From: Clostridia bacterium
Lineage (GTDB): Bacteria; Bacillota; Clostridia; Oscillospirales; Acutalibacteraceae
Reading direction: 5' to 3'
NCBI GenBank assembly: GCA_017439585.1
Contig: JAFSIV010000001.1
Coordinates: forward strand, 14,614-78,613
DNA length: 64,000 nucleotides
Shown: positions 55,330-64,000 of the stretch, piece by piece
How positions within the stretch are numbered: the first letter of the stretch is position 1
Layout: every line of letters begins with the position of its first letter
Made by a program: the position numbers and the translations under genes
Notes under the pieces: model-generated
Told to the model about the DNA's origin: nothing
Database searches by the model: none
What the model saw: the letters and a program-made list of their open reading frames with translations, nothing else

Positions 55330-56630
55330 TGAATAAGGTTAAAATTATCGGCGCAGGTCTTGCAGGCTGCGAGGCGGCAATGCAATTAGCAAATAGAGGA
55401 GTTAATGTTGAGCTTTATGAAATGAAGCCAAAAAAGAGAACTCCTGCTCATAAAACCAATTTTTTTGCCGAGCTTGTTTGCTCTAATTCTTTAAAAGCTT
55501 CAAGAATTGATTCTGCCGCAGGTCTTTTAAAGGAAGAAATGCGTCGTTTCGGCTCTGTTTGTTTGAAATCAGCCGATAGTTGTTCGGTTGCCGCAGGAGG
55601 AGCTTTGGCGGTTGACCGCGATATATTCGCAGAAAATATAACAAACGAAATTTTAAAACACCCAAATATCAAGGTTCTTGAAGAGGTTATTGAAAAAATA
55701 CCTGAGGATTCGATTGTTATAATAGCTAGCGGTCCTTTAACCGATTCTTTATTAGCAGAAGATATAAAGAAATATACCGAAAGCGAAAATTTAAGCTTTT
55801 ATGATGCGGCGGCACCCATTGTTACTGCCGATAGCATTAATATGGAAAAGGCTTTTTTTGCCTCGCGTTACGGCAAGGGCGACGATGATTATATAAACTG
55901 CCCTTTCAATAAAGAAGAATACGAGGCTTTTCATAACGAGCTTATTAATGCTGAATCTGCCCCCGTTCACGAGTTTGATAAACCCGTTACGGTTTATGAG
56001 GGTTGTATGCCGATAGAGATACTAGCTAAACGAGGTTTAGATTCTATTCGTTTTGGTCCTTTAAAACCCGTCGGTTTAACCGACCCCAGAACAGGACACA
56101 GACCGTGGGCGGCAGTTCAGTTAAGACGAGAAAATGCAAGCAGCAGTCTCTATAATATAGTTGGCTTTCAAACAAATTTAAAATTCAGCGAGCAAAAAAG
56201 AGTTTTTTCTATGATACCCGGTCTTGAAAATGCAGATTTTATGCGTTACGGCGTTATGCACAGAAATACCTTTATAAATTCACCAAAGCTATTAAACCGC
56301 GATTTATCCTTAAAAAAGAATAATAATATCTTTTTTGCAGGTCAGCTTTCGGGTGTCGAGGGTTATATGGAATCGGCCGCAAGCGGAATTATAGCGGGAA
56401 TTAATGCTTATGCAAAATTAAAAGGTGAAAATTCTACTATTTTACCTGAGTTTACTATGATAGGTGCGCTATTAAATTATATATGCGATGAAACTGTTTC
56501 AAATTTTCAGCCTATGGGGGCTAATTTCGGAGTTTTACCTCCTTTGGAAACTAAAATTCGCGATAAAAAAGAACGCTATAAAGCGTTAGCTGAGCGTTCA
56601 CTTAATTGGTTTGATACTAATAAAATATAG
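55329..56630 (+). CDS. trmFO: methylenetetrahydrofolate--tRNA-(uracil-5-)-methyltransferase
   Basis: FAD motif IIGAGLAGCEAA, ELVCSNSLK and GQLSGVEGYMESAASG. TAATG overlap with topA. Confidence 0.95.
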   Translation: MNKVKIIGAGLAGCEAAMQLANRGVNVELYEMKPKKRTPAHKTNFFAELVCSNSLKASRIDSAAGLLKEEMRRFGSVCLKSADSCSVAAGGALAVDRDIFAENITNEILKHPNIKVLEEVIEKIPEDSIVIIASGPLTDSLLAEDIKKYTESENLSFYDAAAPIVTADSINMEKAFFASRYGKGDDDYINCPFNKEEYEAFHNELINAESAPVHEFDKPVTVYEGCMPIEILAKRGLDSIRFGPLKPVGLTDPRTGHRPWAAVQLRRENASSSLYNIVGFQTNLKFSEQKRVFSMIPGLENADFMRYGVMHRNTFINSPKLLNRDLSLKKNNNIFFAGQLSGVEGYMESAASGIIAGINAYAKLKGENSTILPEFTMIGALLNYICDETVSNFQPMGANFGVLPPLETKIRDKKERYKALAERSLNWFDTNKI

Positions 56631-56642
56631 GAGATTTTTAAA

Positions 56643-57638
56643 ATGAGAGTTGTAATAGATGCTTTTGGCGGTGATAATGCACCGTTAGAAATTGTTAAGG
56701 GTGCTTCATTAGCTTCAAAAGAGTTTTCTGTGGAAATAACACTTACAGGTAATAAAGGCACTATTGAAAATATCATAAAAGAAAACAGTTTAGAGTTTTT
56801 TGGTGAGCTGATTATCATTGATACCGATGATGTTATCTCTATGCACGATGAACCTACCACACTTTTAAAAGCTCATAAAAATTCTTCTATGGGCTTAGCA
56901 TTTACCGAGCTTGTTGAGGATAAGGCAGATGCATTTGTATCTGCTGGGTCAACCGGAGCAATAGTTGTTGGCGGTACTTTAATGGTTAAGAGAATTAAAG
57001 GTATTAAGCGCCCGGCTCTTGCCGGTTTAATACCCTCTCCAAAAGGTCATTATATGCTTATGGATATGGGCGCAAATGCCGAGTGCAGACCCGAAATGCT
57101 TCAACAATTTGGTATAATGGCAAGCGCGTACTTAGAAAAGGTAGAAAACATTAAAGAGCCTAAAATCGGTCTTTTAAATATTGGTGTTGAAGATTCAAAG
57201 GGCACCGATCTACATAAAGAAAGCTATAAGCTATTAAAGGAAGCTCCTATAAACTTTGTTGGAAATATTGAATCAAGAGAAATGCCTAAGGGTATTTGTG
57301 ATGCCGTTATAACCGACGGGTTTACAGGAAATATTGCTCTCAAACTCATTGAGGGAACTGCAATAACCTTCTTTAAAATGATAAAAGAGGTTATGTATAA
57401 AAGTTTAATAAATAAATTGGCAGCAGCCGTTTTAAAGAAAGATTTATACGGTATAAAGAAAATGATGGATAGCTCTGAGGTAGGCGGTGCACCGCTTTTA
57501 GGTGTTAGAAAGCCTGTTATTAAGGCACACGGAAGCTCTGATGCGAAGGCTATTAAAAATGCCGTTAAGCAAGCTGTTACCTTTACCGAAAACGGCGTTA
57601 TTGATACTATTAGCTCAGCGCTCGCTGAAATAAAATAA
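56643..57638 (+). CDS. plsX: phosphate acyltransferase PlsX
   Basis: VIDAFGGDNAP, SAGSTGA, NIGVE and FTGNIALK motifs. Confidence 0.95.
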   Translation: MRVVIDAFGGDNAPLEIVKGASLASKEFSVEITLTGNKGTIENIIKENSLEFFGELIIIDTDDVISMHDEPTTLLKAHKNSSMGLAFTELVEDKADAFVSAGSTGAIVVGGTLMVKRIKGIKRPALAGLIPSPKGHYMLMDMGANAECRPEMLQQFGIMASAYLEKVENIKEPKIGLLNIGVEDSKGTDLHKESYKLLKEAPINFVGNIESREMPKGICDAVITDGFTGNIALKLIEGTAITFFKMIKEVMYKSLINKLAAAVLKKDLYGIKKMMDSSEVGGAPLLGVRKPVIKAHGSSDAKAIKNAVKQAVTFTENGVIDTISSALAEIK

Positions 57639-57651
57639 TAGAGGAATTTTT

Positions 57652-58332
57652 ATGAAAGAATTTGAGAAAAAGTTAGGATATACTTTTAAAAATCCAAATC
57701 TTTTATTAAATGCTTTAACCCACTCTTCTTATGCAAATGAAACGAGAAACGGCATTAGTTCTAACGAAAGATTAGAATTTTTGGGCGACTCGGTTTTATC
57801 GGTTATTGTTTCTGATTATATTTTTAAAGAATTTTCCAAAATCCCTGAGGGAGAACTAACTAAGCTCCGAGCCTCATTGGTTTGCGAAAAATCGCTTTGC
57901 GGTTTTTCAAGAGAGCTAGATTTAGGAAAATACTTAAAACTTGGAAAAGGCGAGGATAAAGGCGGCGGCAGAGAGCGTGATTCTATTTTAGCCGATGCTT
58001 TTGAAGCAGTGCTTGCCGCAATTTATCTTGACGGTGGTTTAGAAGAGGCTCGCCGCCATGTTATGAGATTTATTCTCCCTGAGCTTAAACAGACTGATGA
58101 CGAGGTTTTTAAGGATTATAAAACAGCTCTTCAAGAAATTATTCAAAGAAACCCCGAGGAGTCGGTGACATACACTTTAAAAGGTGAATCAGGTCCTGAC
58201 CATGATAAAATTTTTGAAGTTGAAGTTCATTTAAATTCAAATGTAATAGGTGAGGGCAGCGGCAAATCTAAAAAAAGAGCAGAACAAATGGCGGCAAAGC
58301 AAGCGCTATCCTTAATGGGTATTGAAATATGA
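57652..58332 (+). CDS. rnc: ribonuclease III
   Basis: Signature NERLEFLGDSVL, DAFEAVLAAIYLD and a C-terminal dsRBD (GPDHDKIFEVEV...GSGKSKKRAEQMAAKQAL). Confidence 0.95.
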   Translation: MKEFEKKLGYTFKNPNLLLNALTHSSYANETRNGISSNERLEFLGDSVLSVIVSDYIFKEFSKIPEGELTKLRASLVCEKSLCGFSRELDLGKYLKLGKGEDKGGGRERDSILADAFEAVLAAIYLDGGLEEARRHVMRFILPELKQTDDEVFKDYKTALQEIIQRNPEESVTYTLKGESGPDHDKIFEVEVHLNSNVIGEGSGKSKKRAEQMAAKQALSLMGIEI

Positions 58333-59330
58333 GTGCTAAACACTCTAATATTTCTATCTTTGTGCCTCATATTGGTTGCCCGAATAAGTGCAGTTTTTGC
58401 AATCAGCATTATATCAGCGGAAAAGTTAATGCGCCAATGCCTCGGGATATTATAAACGCGTTTGAAATTGCAAAAAATTCTAAAAATTATAATCCTGAAA
58501 CCTTTGAGATTGCATTTTTTGGTGGCAGTTTTACGGCGATAGACCGCGATTATATGACCGAGCTTTTAGAAACTGCATTTGAGTTTGTTAAGGAAGGTTC
58601 AGTTTCTGGCATCAGAATTTCAACCAGACCTGATGCGATAAATAACGAAATTTTAAAACTACTTAAAAAATACGGTGTTACCGCCATTGAGCTTGGTGCG
58701 CAATCGTTAGATGATGAGGTTTTAAGCTTAAACGAGCGAGGTCATAAAGCAGAAGATGTTTTTTCTGCATCTAAGCTCATAAAATCTTACGGTTTTAGTT
58801 TGGGACTTCAAATTATGACGGGGCTTTATGGCGATAATAATAAAAAGCTAATTGAAACCGCCAATAAATGCCTTGAAATTAAACCTGATACTATCAGGAT
58901 TTATCCAACCATTGTTTTAAAAGACACCCATTTAGCTATGCTTTTTGAAAATGGAATTTATAAACCCCAAAAACTTGAAGAAGCGGTTGAAATTTGTTCT
59001 AAGCTTTATACTTTATTTACTGAAAATAATATTAAAGTTATAAGACTGGGACTTCATACTATTGACGAAACAGCTTTTGTTGCAGGTCCTTGGCATCCTG
59101 CTTTTAGCGAGCTTTGCCAATCAGAGATTTTTCTTTCAAAAGCTTTAAATAAACTTAAAACCAAAGGAAATTACAGTATTTTCGTTAATAAATCAGATGT
59201 TTCAAAGATGATAGGGCAAAAGAAAAGCAATATTATTAAACTTGAAAATTTAGGTTTTTATTGCAAGGTTTTTGCTGATAAAAATATTAAACCAAATGAG
59301 ATTAAGATTAAAAGGGAAGTGAATAACTAA
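58329..59330 (+). CDS. radical SAM protein (ELP3-like core, no acetyltransferase domain)
   Basis: CPNKCSFCNQ cluster motif. Sits between rnc and smc, as I recall in other Clostridia. ATGA overlap with rnc. Confidence 0.8.
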   Translation: MSAKHSNISIFVPHIGCPNKCSFCNQHYISGKVNAPMPRDIINAFEIAKNSKNYNPETFEIAFFGGSFTAIDRDYMTELLETAFEFVKEGSVSGIRISTRPDAINNEILKLLKKYGVTAIELGAQSLDDEVLSLNERGHKAEDVFSASKLIKSYGFSLGLQIMTGLYGDNNKKLIETANKCLEIKPDTIRIYPTIVLKDTHLAMLFENGIYKPQKLEEAVEICSKLYTLFTENNIKVIRLGLHTIDETAFVAGPWHPAFSELCQSEIFLSKALNKLKTKGNYSIFVNKSDVSKMIGQKKSNIIKLENLGFYCKVFADKNIKPNEIKIKREVNN

Positions 59331-62300
59331 TGCTTTTAAGCTCAATAGAAATTCAGGGCTTTAAATCCTTTGCCGATAAAACGGTTTTAAAATTCGGTAA
59401 AGGTATAACTGCGGTTGTTGGTCCTAACGGAAGCGGAAAAAGTAATATTTCCGATGCTGTTCGTTGGGTACTGGGTGAGCAGTCTACCAAAAGCCTTCGC
59501 GGTCAATCTATGGAGGATGTTATTTTCGGTGGTACCGAAACCAGACGCCCACACGGATTTTGCGAGGTTACCCTTAATATAAATAATGTTGACAGAACTT
59601 TAAATTTCGATAACGATTTTGTTGCCATAACCCGCCGTTTCTATCGTTCTCACGAAAGTGAATATGCTATTAACGGAGTTTCTGTCCGCCTGAAAGATAT
59701 CCACGAGTTGTTTATGGATACAGGTTTAGGCAGAGACGGTTATTCTATGATAGGTCAAGGTAAAATTGACAATATAATTAGTTCAAAATCAGGGGAAAGA
59801 CGCGATATTTTCGAGGAAGCCTCAGGTATTTCAAAATACCGTTACAGAAAAATTGAAGCCGAAAGAAAACTAAATGCGGCTGAGGAAAATCTGCTTAGAC
59901 TTCACGATATTTTAGACGAATTAAAGTCTCGTGTTGGTCCTCTCCAAGAGCAAAGTCGAAAAGCTGAGAAGTTTTTAGAGCTAGCCGAGCATAAAAAAGG
60001 ACTCGAAATAGGTCTTTGGCTTTATACCTTAAATAATTCTAAGGAAGTTTTGCGAAATCAGGAAAGCAAAATTGCAAACTGCGAATTGGCATACAAGGAA
60101 ATTGAGAAATCCCTAGAAGAATTTGACCGTAAAACCGAGGAAAACACCTCATATTTTGCAAAATTAACCTCTGATATTGAAGGGGAGAGACTAAACATTT
60201 CCTCCTCTAATGAGGAAATTGTTAAGCTTGAAGGTCAGATTCAGGTTTTAGAAAACAATATTTTGCATAACAACGAAAATATTTCACGTTTAAATGAAGA
60301 AAACGAAAATCTTTCTCGCTCCGATTCAGATGCTTTGGCTGAAATTGAAGCTAAAAATCAAACAGTTGCAGAAAAAGAAGCATTTAGAAAAGAGCTTGAT
60401 GAGAAATTAAGGGCGCTTGAAACTGAGCTTTCAGAGTTGTTATCCGATAGCGATAATATTTCCCGAAAAATCGAGTCTCAAATCCGAGCTTTAAATGCAT
60501 TGTCTCAACAAAACGCAGATATGCGTGTTGAAATGGTAACTGCAAATACTGCTATCGAGGAAATCACCTCTCGCGAAGGAAACTATGCAGAACAAATTTC
60601 CGCTTATAATTTGGAAATCGAAAAATTAAACTCTGAATTTAACGAAACCGAAAAGCTACTTGCTCATTTCGAAGAAAATATTAATAGCACTTCTAACACC
60701 GTTAAAGGCTACGAGCTTCGTTTGGCTTCGAGGGTTAATACTGCTGAAAGCTTGCGTCAAGAGTTTGACAGTGTTAAGCTTGATATTGATGCTAAAAAGC
60801 GCCGAGTTCAGATTTTAAAGGAACTCGAAAATAATATGGATGGCTTTGCTCATTCGGTTAAAGAAATAATGAACCAAAGTAAAACAGGTATTTTAAAGGG
60901 TATCTGCGGTCCTGTTTCAAAGCTTATTAAGGTTGAAAAGGAATATAGCATAGCGGTTGAAACCGCACTTTCGAATGCTATTCAAAACATTATAACCGAA
61001 ACCGAGGCGGATGCTAAAAAGGCAATCAATTTCCTTAAATCTTCTTCAAGCGGCAGAGCTACATTCTTACCAATTTCTACAATTAAAGCCCGCGAATTTA
61101 AAGAGCAAGGCTTTGAAAGTATGCTTGGTTTTGTTGGTATTGCATCTGAATTAGTTGAATGCGATAAAAAATACCGCGAGATTATAAAATATTTACTTGG
61201 CGGCGCGGTTGTTGCCGAGGATATTGATTGTGCTGTAACAATAGCTAAAAAATACGGTTATAGAATTAAGGTTGTAACGCTTGACGGTCAGGTTATTAAT
61301 CCTGGCGGTTCATTAACCGGTGGCTCGCTTATTAAAAACGCAGGCTTGTTAAGCCGTACTACTGATATTGAAAAATATGAGGCAGACATTAAAAAGCTCG
61401 AAGCCAAAAGCAATGAATTATCCGAAAAGCTAACAAAGGCTAAGGAGGAAGTAGCAAAAGTTGATGCAGATATAACCGCCGCAAAAGCAGAGCTCATAAC
61501 CGCTAATGAGGATAAAATCAGGGCATTAGCCGAGCTTAAAAGAATTGATGATTTGCGAGCAAATATCATAGCATCACTTAACGCCTTAACTGATGAACAA
61601 TCAGCTTCTGCCGAAAAGCTTATTGCTTTAAAAGAGCAGTCTTTGAAAGCAGCAGAAAAAATCGCTGAAATAGACGGGGAAAAATCGAAGCTTCAAGCGG
61701 ATATTGACAGTATGACAGGTGGCAGAGATTCCTTAAACGAAACAAGAGAAAATATAACCGCTTCTATTACTGAAATAAAATTATCTATCATTGAAAACGA
61801 TAAAGATATAGAACAATTAAAATTATCAGCTTTGAATTTATCGCAGCTTATTTCTTCTCGCGAAATAAGAAGTGAGGAAATAAATAAAGAAATCGGCGAA
61901 ATTTCTGCTAACAGCGAGGCTTTAAGCCAAACTATTAATAGCATAAACGAGCAAATTTCGGCTTTGAAATTAAAAATTTCTGACTGCGAGCAGAATATTC
62001 AAAATATGTTAAACGAGCGAAACCTGACCGAAAAAGCAGGGGTTGAGCTTAGAAATTCTGAGCGCGAAAAAACCTTAAAACGCGAGCAAATCAGCGGCGA
62101 GTTAGCCCGTCTTTGCGAGCGAAAAGAGGTTATGCTCAAAGAATATGACGAGGTTATACGTAAGCTTTATGATGAATATGAGCTTACTCGCTCTGAGGCA
62201 GAAAAGGTAGCCTCAGAACCCGAAAATCCTGCCGAGGCTAAACGAACACTAGCTGAAATTAAAGGAAAAATCAGAAATCTCGGCAATGTTAATGTTTCGG

Positions 62301-62911
62301 CTATTGAGGAATATAAGGAAGTTAAAGAACGCTATGATTTCCTTTCTGCTCAAATTGAGGATGTTGAAAACACACGCACCCAATTATTTAAATTAATTAA
62401 TCAGCTAACCGTTCAAATGAAGGATATTTTCACCGAAGGCTTTGCAAAAATCAGTCAAAACTTCTCAAAAACCTTCACAGAATTATTCGGTGGCGGTGAG
62501 GCATCGCTATCATTATCAGACCCTGATAATATTTTGGAAAGTGGTATTGACATTAATGTTAAATTGCCAGGTAAAAATGTTCCTAGTCTGGACGGTCTTT
62601 CAGGTGGCGAAAAGGCTCTTATCGCCTTATCAATTTACTTTGCGATTATGCGCGTTAACGCACCGCCTTTCTGCTTCTTAGACGAGGTTGATACCGCTCT
62701 TGACGATATAAATGTTGACCGATTCGCTGATTATATGAAGAAATCAGAATTTGCAACCCAGTTTATATGCGTTACCCACCGTAGAGGCACTATGGAGGCT
62801 GCTGATATGCTCTATGGTGTTACAATGCAAGAAAAGGGAATAACCAAGCTCTTAGAGCTTAATGTTGCTGAGCTTGAAAACAAGCTTTTGCAAGGTAATG
62901 CTGGTGCATAA
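59330..62911 (+). CDS. smc: chromosome segregation protein SMC
   Basis: 1193 aa. Walker A GPNGSGKSN, two long coiled coils flanking the hinge, LSGGEKAL signature and Walker B FCFLDEVD. Confidence 0.97.
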   Translation: MLLSSIEIQGFKSFADKTVLKFGKGITAVVGPNGSGKSNISDAVRWVLGEQSTKSLRGQSMEDVIFGGTETRRPHGFCEVTLNINNVDRTLNFDNDFVAITRRFYRSHESEYAINGVSVRLKDIHELFMDTGLGRDGYSMIGQGKIDNIISSKSGERRDIFEEASGISKYRYRKIEAERKLNAAEENLLRLHDILDELKSRVGPLQEQSRKAEKFLELAEHKKGLEIGLWLYTLNNSKEVLRNQESKIANCELAYKEIEKSLEEFDRKTEENTSYFAKLTSDIEGERLNISSSNEEIVKLEGQIQVLENNILHNNENISRLNEENENLSRSDSDALAEIEAKNQTVAEKEAFRKELDEKLRALETELSELLSDSDNISRKIESQIRALNALSQQNADMRVEMVTANTAIEEITSREGNYAEQISAYNLEIEKLNSEFNETEKLLAHFEENINSTSNTVKGYELRLASRVNTAESLRQEFDSVKLDIDAKKRRVQILKELENNMDGFAHSVKEIMNQSKTGILKGICGPVSKLIKVEKEYSIAVETALSNAIQNIITETEADAKKAINFLKSSSSGRATFLPISTIKAREFKEQGFESMLGFVGIASELVECDKKYREIIKYLLGGAVVAEDIDCAVTIAKKYGYRIKVVTLDGQVINPGGSLTGGSLIKNAGLLSRTTDIEKYEADIKKLEAKSNELSEKLTKAKEEVAKVDADITAAKAELITANEDKIRALAELKRIDDLRANIIASLNALTDEQSASAEKLIALKEQSLKAAEKIAEIDGEKSKLQADIDSMTGGRDSLNETRENITASITEIKLSIIENDKDIEQLKLSALNLSQLISSREIRSEEINKEIGEISANSEALSQTINSINEQISALKLKISDCEQNIQNMLNERNLTEKAGVELRNSEREKTLKREQISGELARLCERKEVMLKEYDEVIRKLYDEYELTRSEAEKVASEPENPAEAKRTLAEIKGKIRNLGNVNVSAIEEYKEVKERYDFLSAQIEDVENTRTQLFKLINQLTVQMKDIFTEGFAKISQNFSKTFTELFGGGEASLSLSDPDNILESGIDINVKLPGKNVPSLDGLSGGEKALIALSIYFAIMRVNAPPFCFLDEVDTALDDINVDRFADYMKKSEFATQFICVTHRRGTMEAADMLYGVTMQEKGITKLLELNVAELENKLLQGNAGA

Positions 62912-62931
62912 ATCTTATTTTAGGAGTTCTT

Positions 62932-63843
62932 ATGGGAATTTTTAGTAAAATTAAAGAGGGTCTTAAAAAAACCCGAAATTCTATTGCAGACAATGTTAAC
63001 GGCATTTTGAATAGTTTCACAAAAATTGATGAAGATTTATTCGAAGAGCTTGAAGAAATACTTGTTATGTCTGACATAGGGGTTAATACCTCCGCTGAGA
63101 TTTGCGATTTATTGCGTAAAAAAATCAAAGAAACAGGCGAAAAAGACCCCAATGCTATTAAAGAAATGTTAAAAGCCATTATAACCGAAATGTTAGGTGA
63201 GGCAGAGGGCTTAAAGCTTGATACAAAACCCTCGGTGATTTTGGTTATTGGTGTTAACGGAGTTGGCAAAACCACTTCTATCGGAAAAATTGCTGCTCAG
63301 TTAAAGGCTCAGGGCAAAAATGTTGTTTTGGGAGCTGCTGATACATTCCGCGCCGCTGCTATTGACCAGCTTGGAGTTTGGGCCGAGAGAGCAGGAGTCA
63401 CTATGGTTAAAAGTGTTGAGGGAAGCGACCCTGCGGCAGTTGTTTTCGATACCATTGCCTCTGCAAAAGCGCATAATGCTGATGTTATCATTTGTGATAC
63501 TGCGGGCAGACTTCATAACAAAAAAAATCTTATGGATGAGCTTGCTAAAATTAACCGCGTTATTGCAAGAGAATTACCCGATGCATCGGTTGAAAGCCTT
63601 TTAGTATTAGATGCCGCAACAGGTCAAAATGCAGTTAATCAGGCAAAAGAATTTAATAATGTTACCGATATTACCGGTATTATCTTAACGAAGCTTGACG
63701 GAACTGCAAAAGGCGGTATCGTTATTCCTATTCATAATGAACTAGGTATTCCTGTGAAATTTATAGGTGTTGGTGAGGGTATTGATGATTTGCAGCCCTT
63801 TAATCCAAAAGAATTTGCAGACTGCATTTTTGACGGAGAATAA
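62932..63843 (+). CDS. ftsY: signal recognition particle receptor FtsY
   Basis: [21 protein letters not shown] and [10 protein letters not shown] GTPase motifs. Confidence 0.95.
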   Translation: MGIFSKIKEGLKKTRNSIADNVNGILNSFTKIDEDLFEELEEILVMSDIGVNTSAEICDLLRKKIKETGEKDPNAIKEMLKAIITEMLGEAEGLKLDTKPSVILVIGVNGVGKTTSIGKIAAQLKAQGKNVVLGAADTFRAAAIDQLGVWAERAGVTMVKSVEGSDPAAVVFDTIASAKAHNADVIICDTAGRLHNKKNLMDELAKINRVIARELPDASVESLLVLDAATGQNAVNQAKEFNNVTDITGIILTKLDGTAKGGIVIPIHNELGIPVKFIGVGEGIDDLQPFNPKEFADCIFDGE

Positions 63844-63846
63844 ACT

Positions 63847-64000
63847 ATGAAAATATTTATTGCAACTAAAAATCAGAAAAAATTAAAAGAATTAGATAGA
63901 ATTTTATCGCCTATGGGCTTTGAAATTTTATCTGAAAAAGACCTCGATTCTCCCTTAGAGGAAATCGAAGAAACAGGCACAACTTTTTGCGAAAATGCCA
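63847..64000 (+). CDS. rdgB: non-canonical purine NTP pyrophosphatase (RdgB/HAM1), N-terminal fragment (3' end outside window)
   Basis: MKIFIATKNQKKLKELDRIL...EETGTTFCENA matches the RdgB N-terminus (ATxNxxKxxE...EETGxTFxENA). Confidence 0.8.
   Translation, partial: MKIFIATKNQKKLKELDRILSPMGFEILSEKDLDSPLEEIEETGTTFCENA

Overview
AT-rich 64 kb chromosomal core segment, most consistent with a spore-forming Clostridia-class Firmicute. It shows Bacillus/Clostridium-type synteny: yabO-yabP-yabQ-divIC-yabR, nusB-xseAB-ispA-dxs-tlyA-nadK-argR-recN, infC-rpmI-rplT, dprA-topA-trmFO and plsX-rnc-smc-ftsY. It also carries spoVB and cohesin/dockerin modules. I call about 65 CDS, 61 on the + strand and only 4 on the - strand, which fits leading-strand organisation. 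There are 2 tRNAs (Thr-GGU, Leu-UAA) and three cis-regulatory leader RNAs: a Trp-specific T-box, a lysine riboswitch and the L20 leader of infC. A promoter-proximal attenuator hairpin sits in front of a glpP-family antiterminator gene. Many near-consensus sigma-A promoters and intrinsic terminators are visible. I saw no rRNA, CRISPR array, transposase, integrase, prophage or recognisable defence genes. The features that standard annotation does not explain are listed here. (1) A 164-bp array of six short CA...TG hairpins separated by a conserved 8-mer, in direct and then inverted orientation, downstream of tRNA-Leu. (2) A dockerin-tagged SH3b/GH73-like peptidoglycan hydrolase next to a membrane-anchored cohesin protein, plus a second orphan cohesin protein. 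(3) A GlpP antiterminator operon encoding an Ldh_2 dehydrogenase and a malic enzyme rather than glycerol genes. (4) An orphan trpB under a UGG T-box. (5) Long perfect palindromes wrapped around three promoters. All calls come from reading the sequence and ORF translations by eye; no database searches were run.
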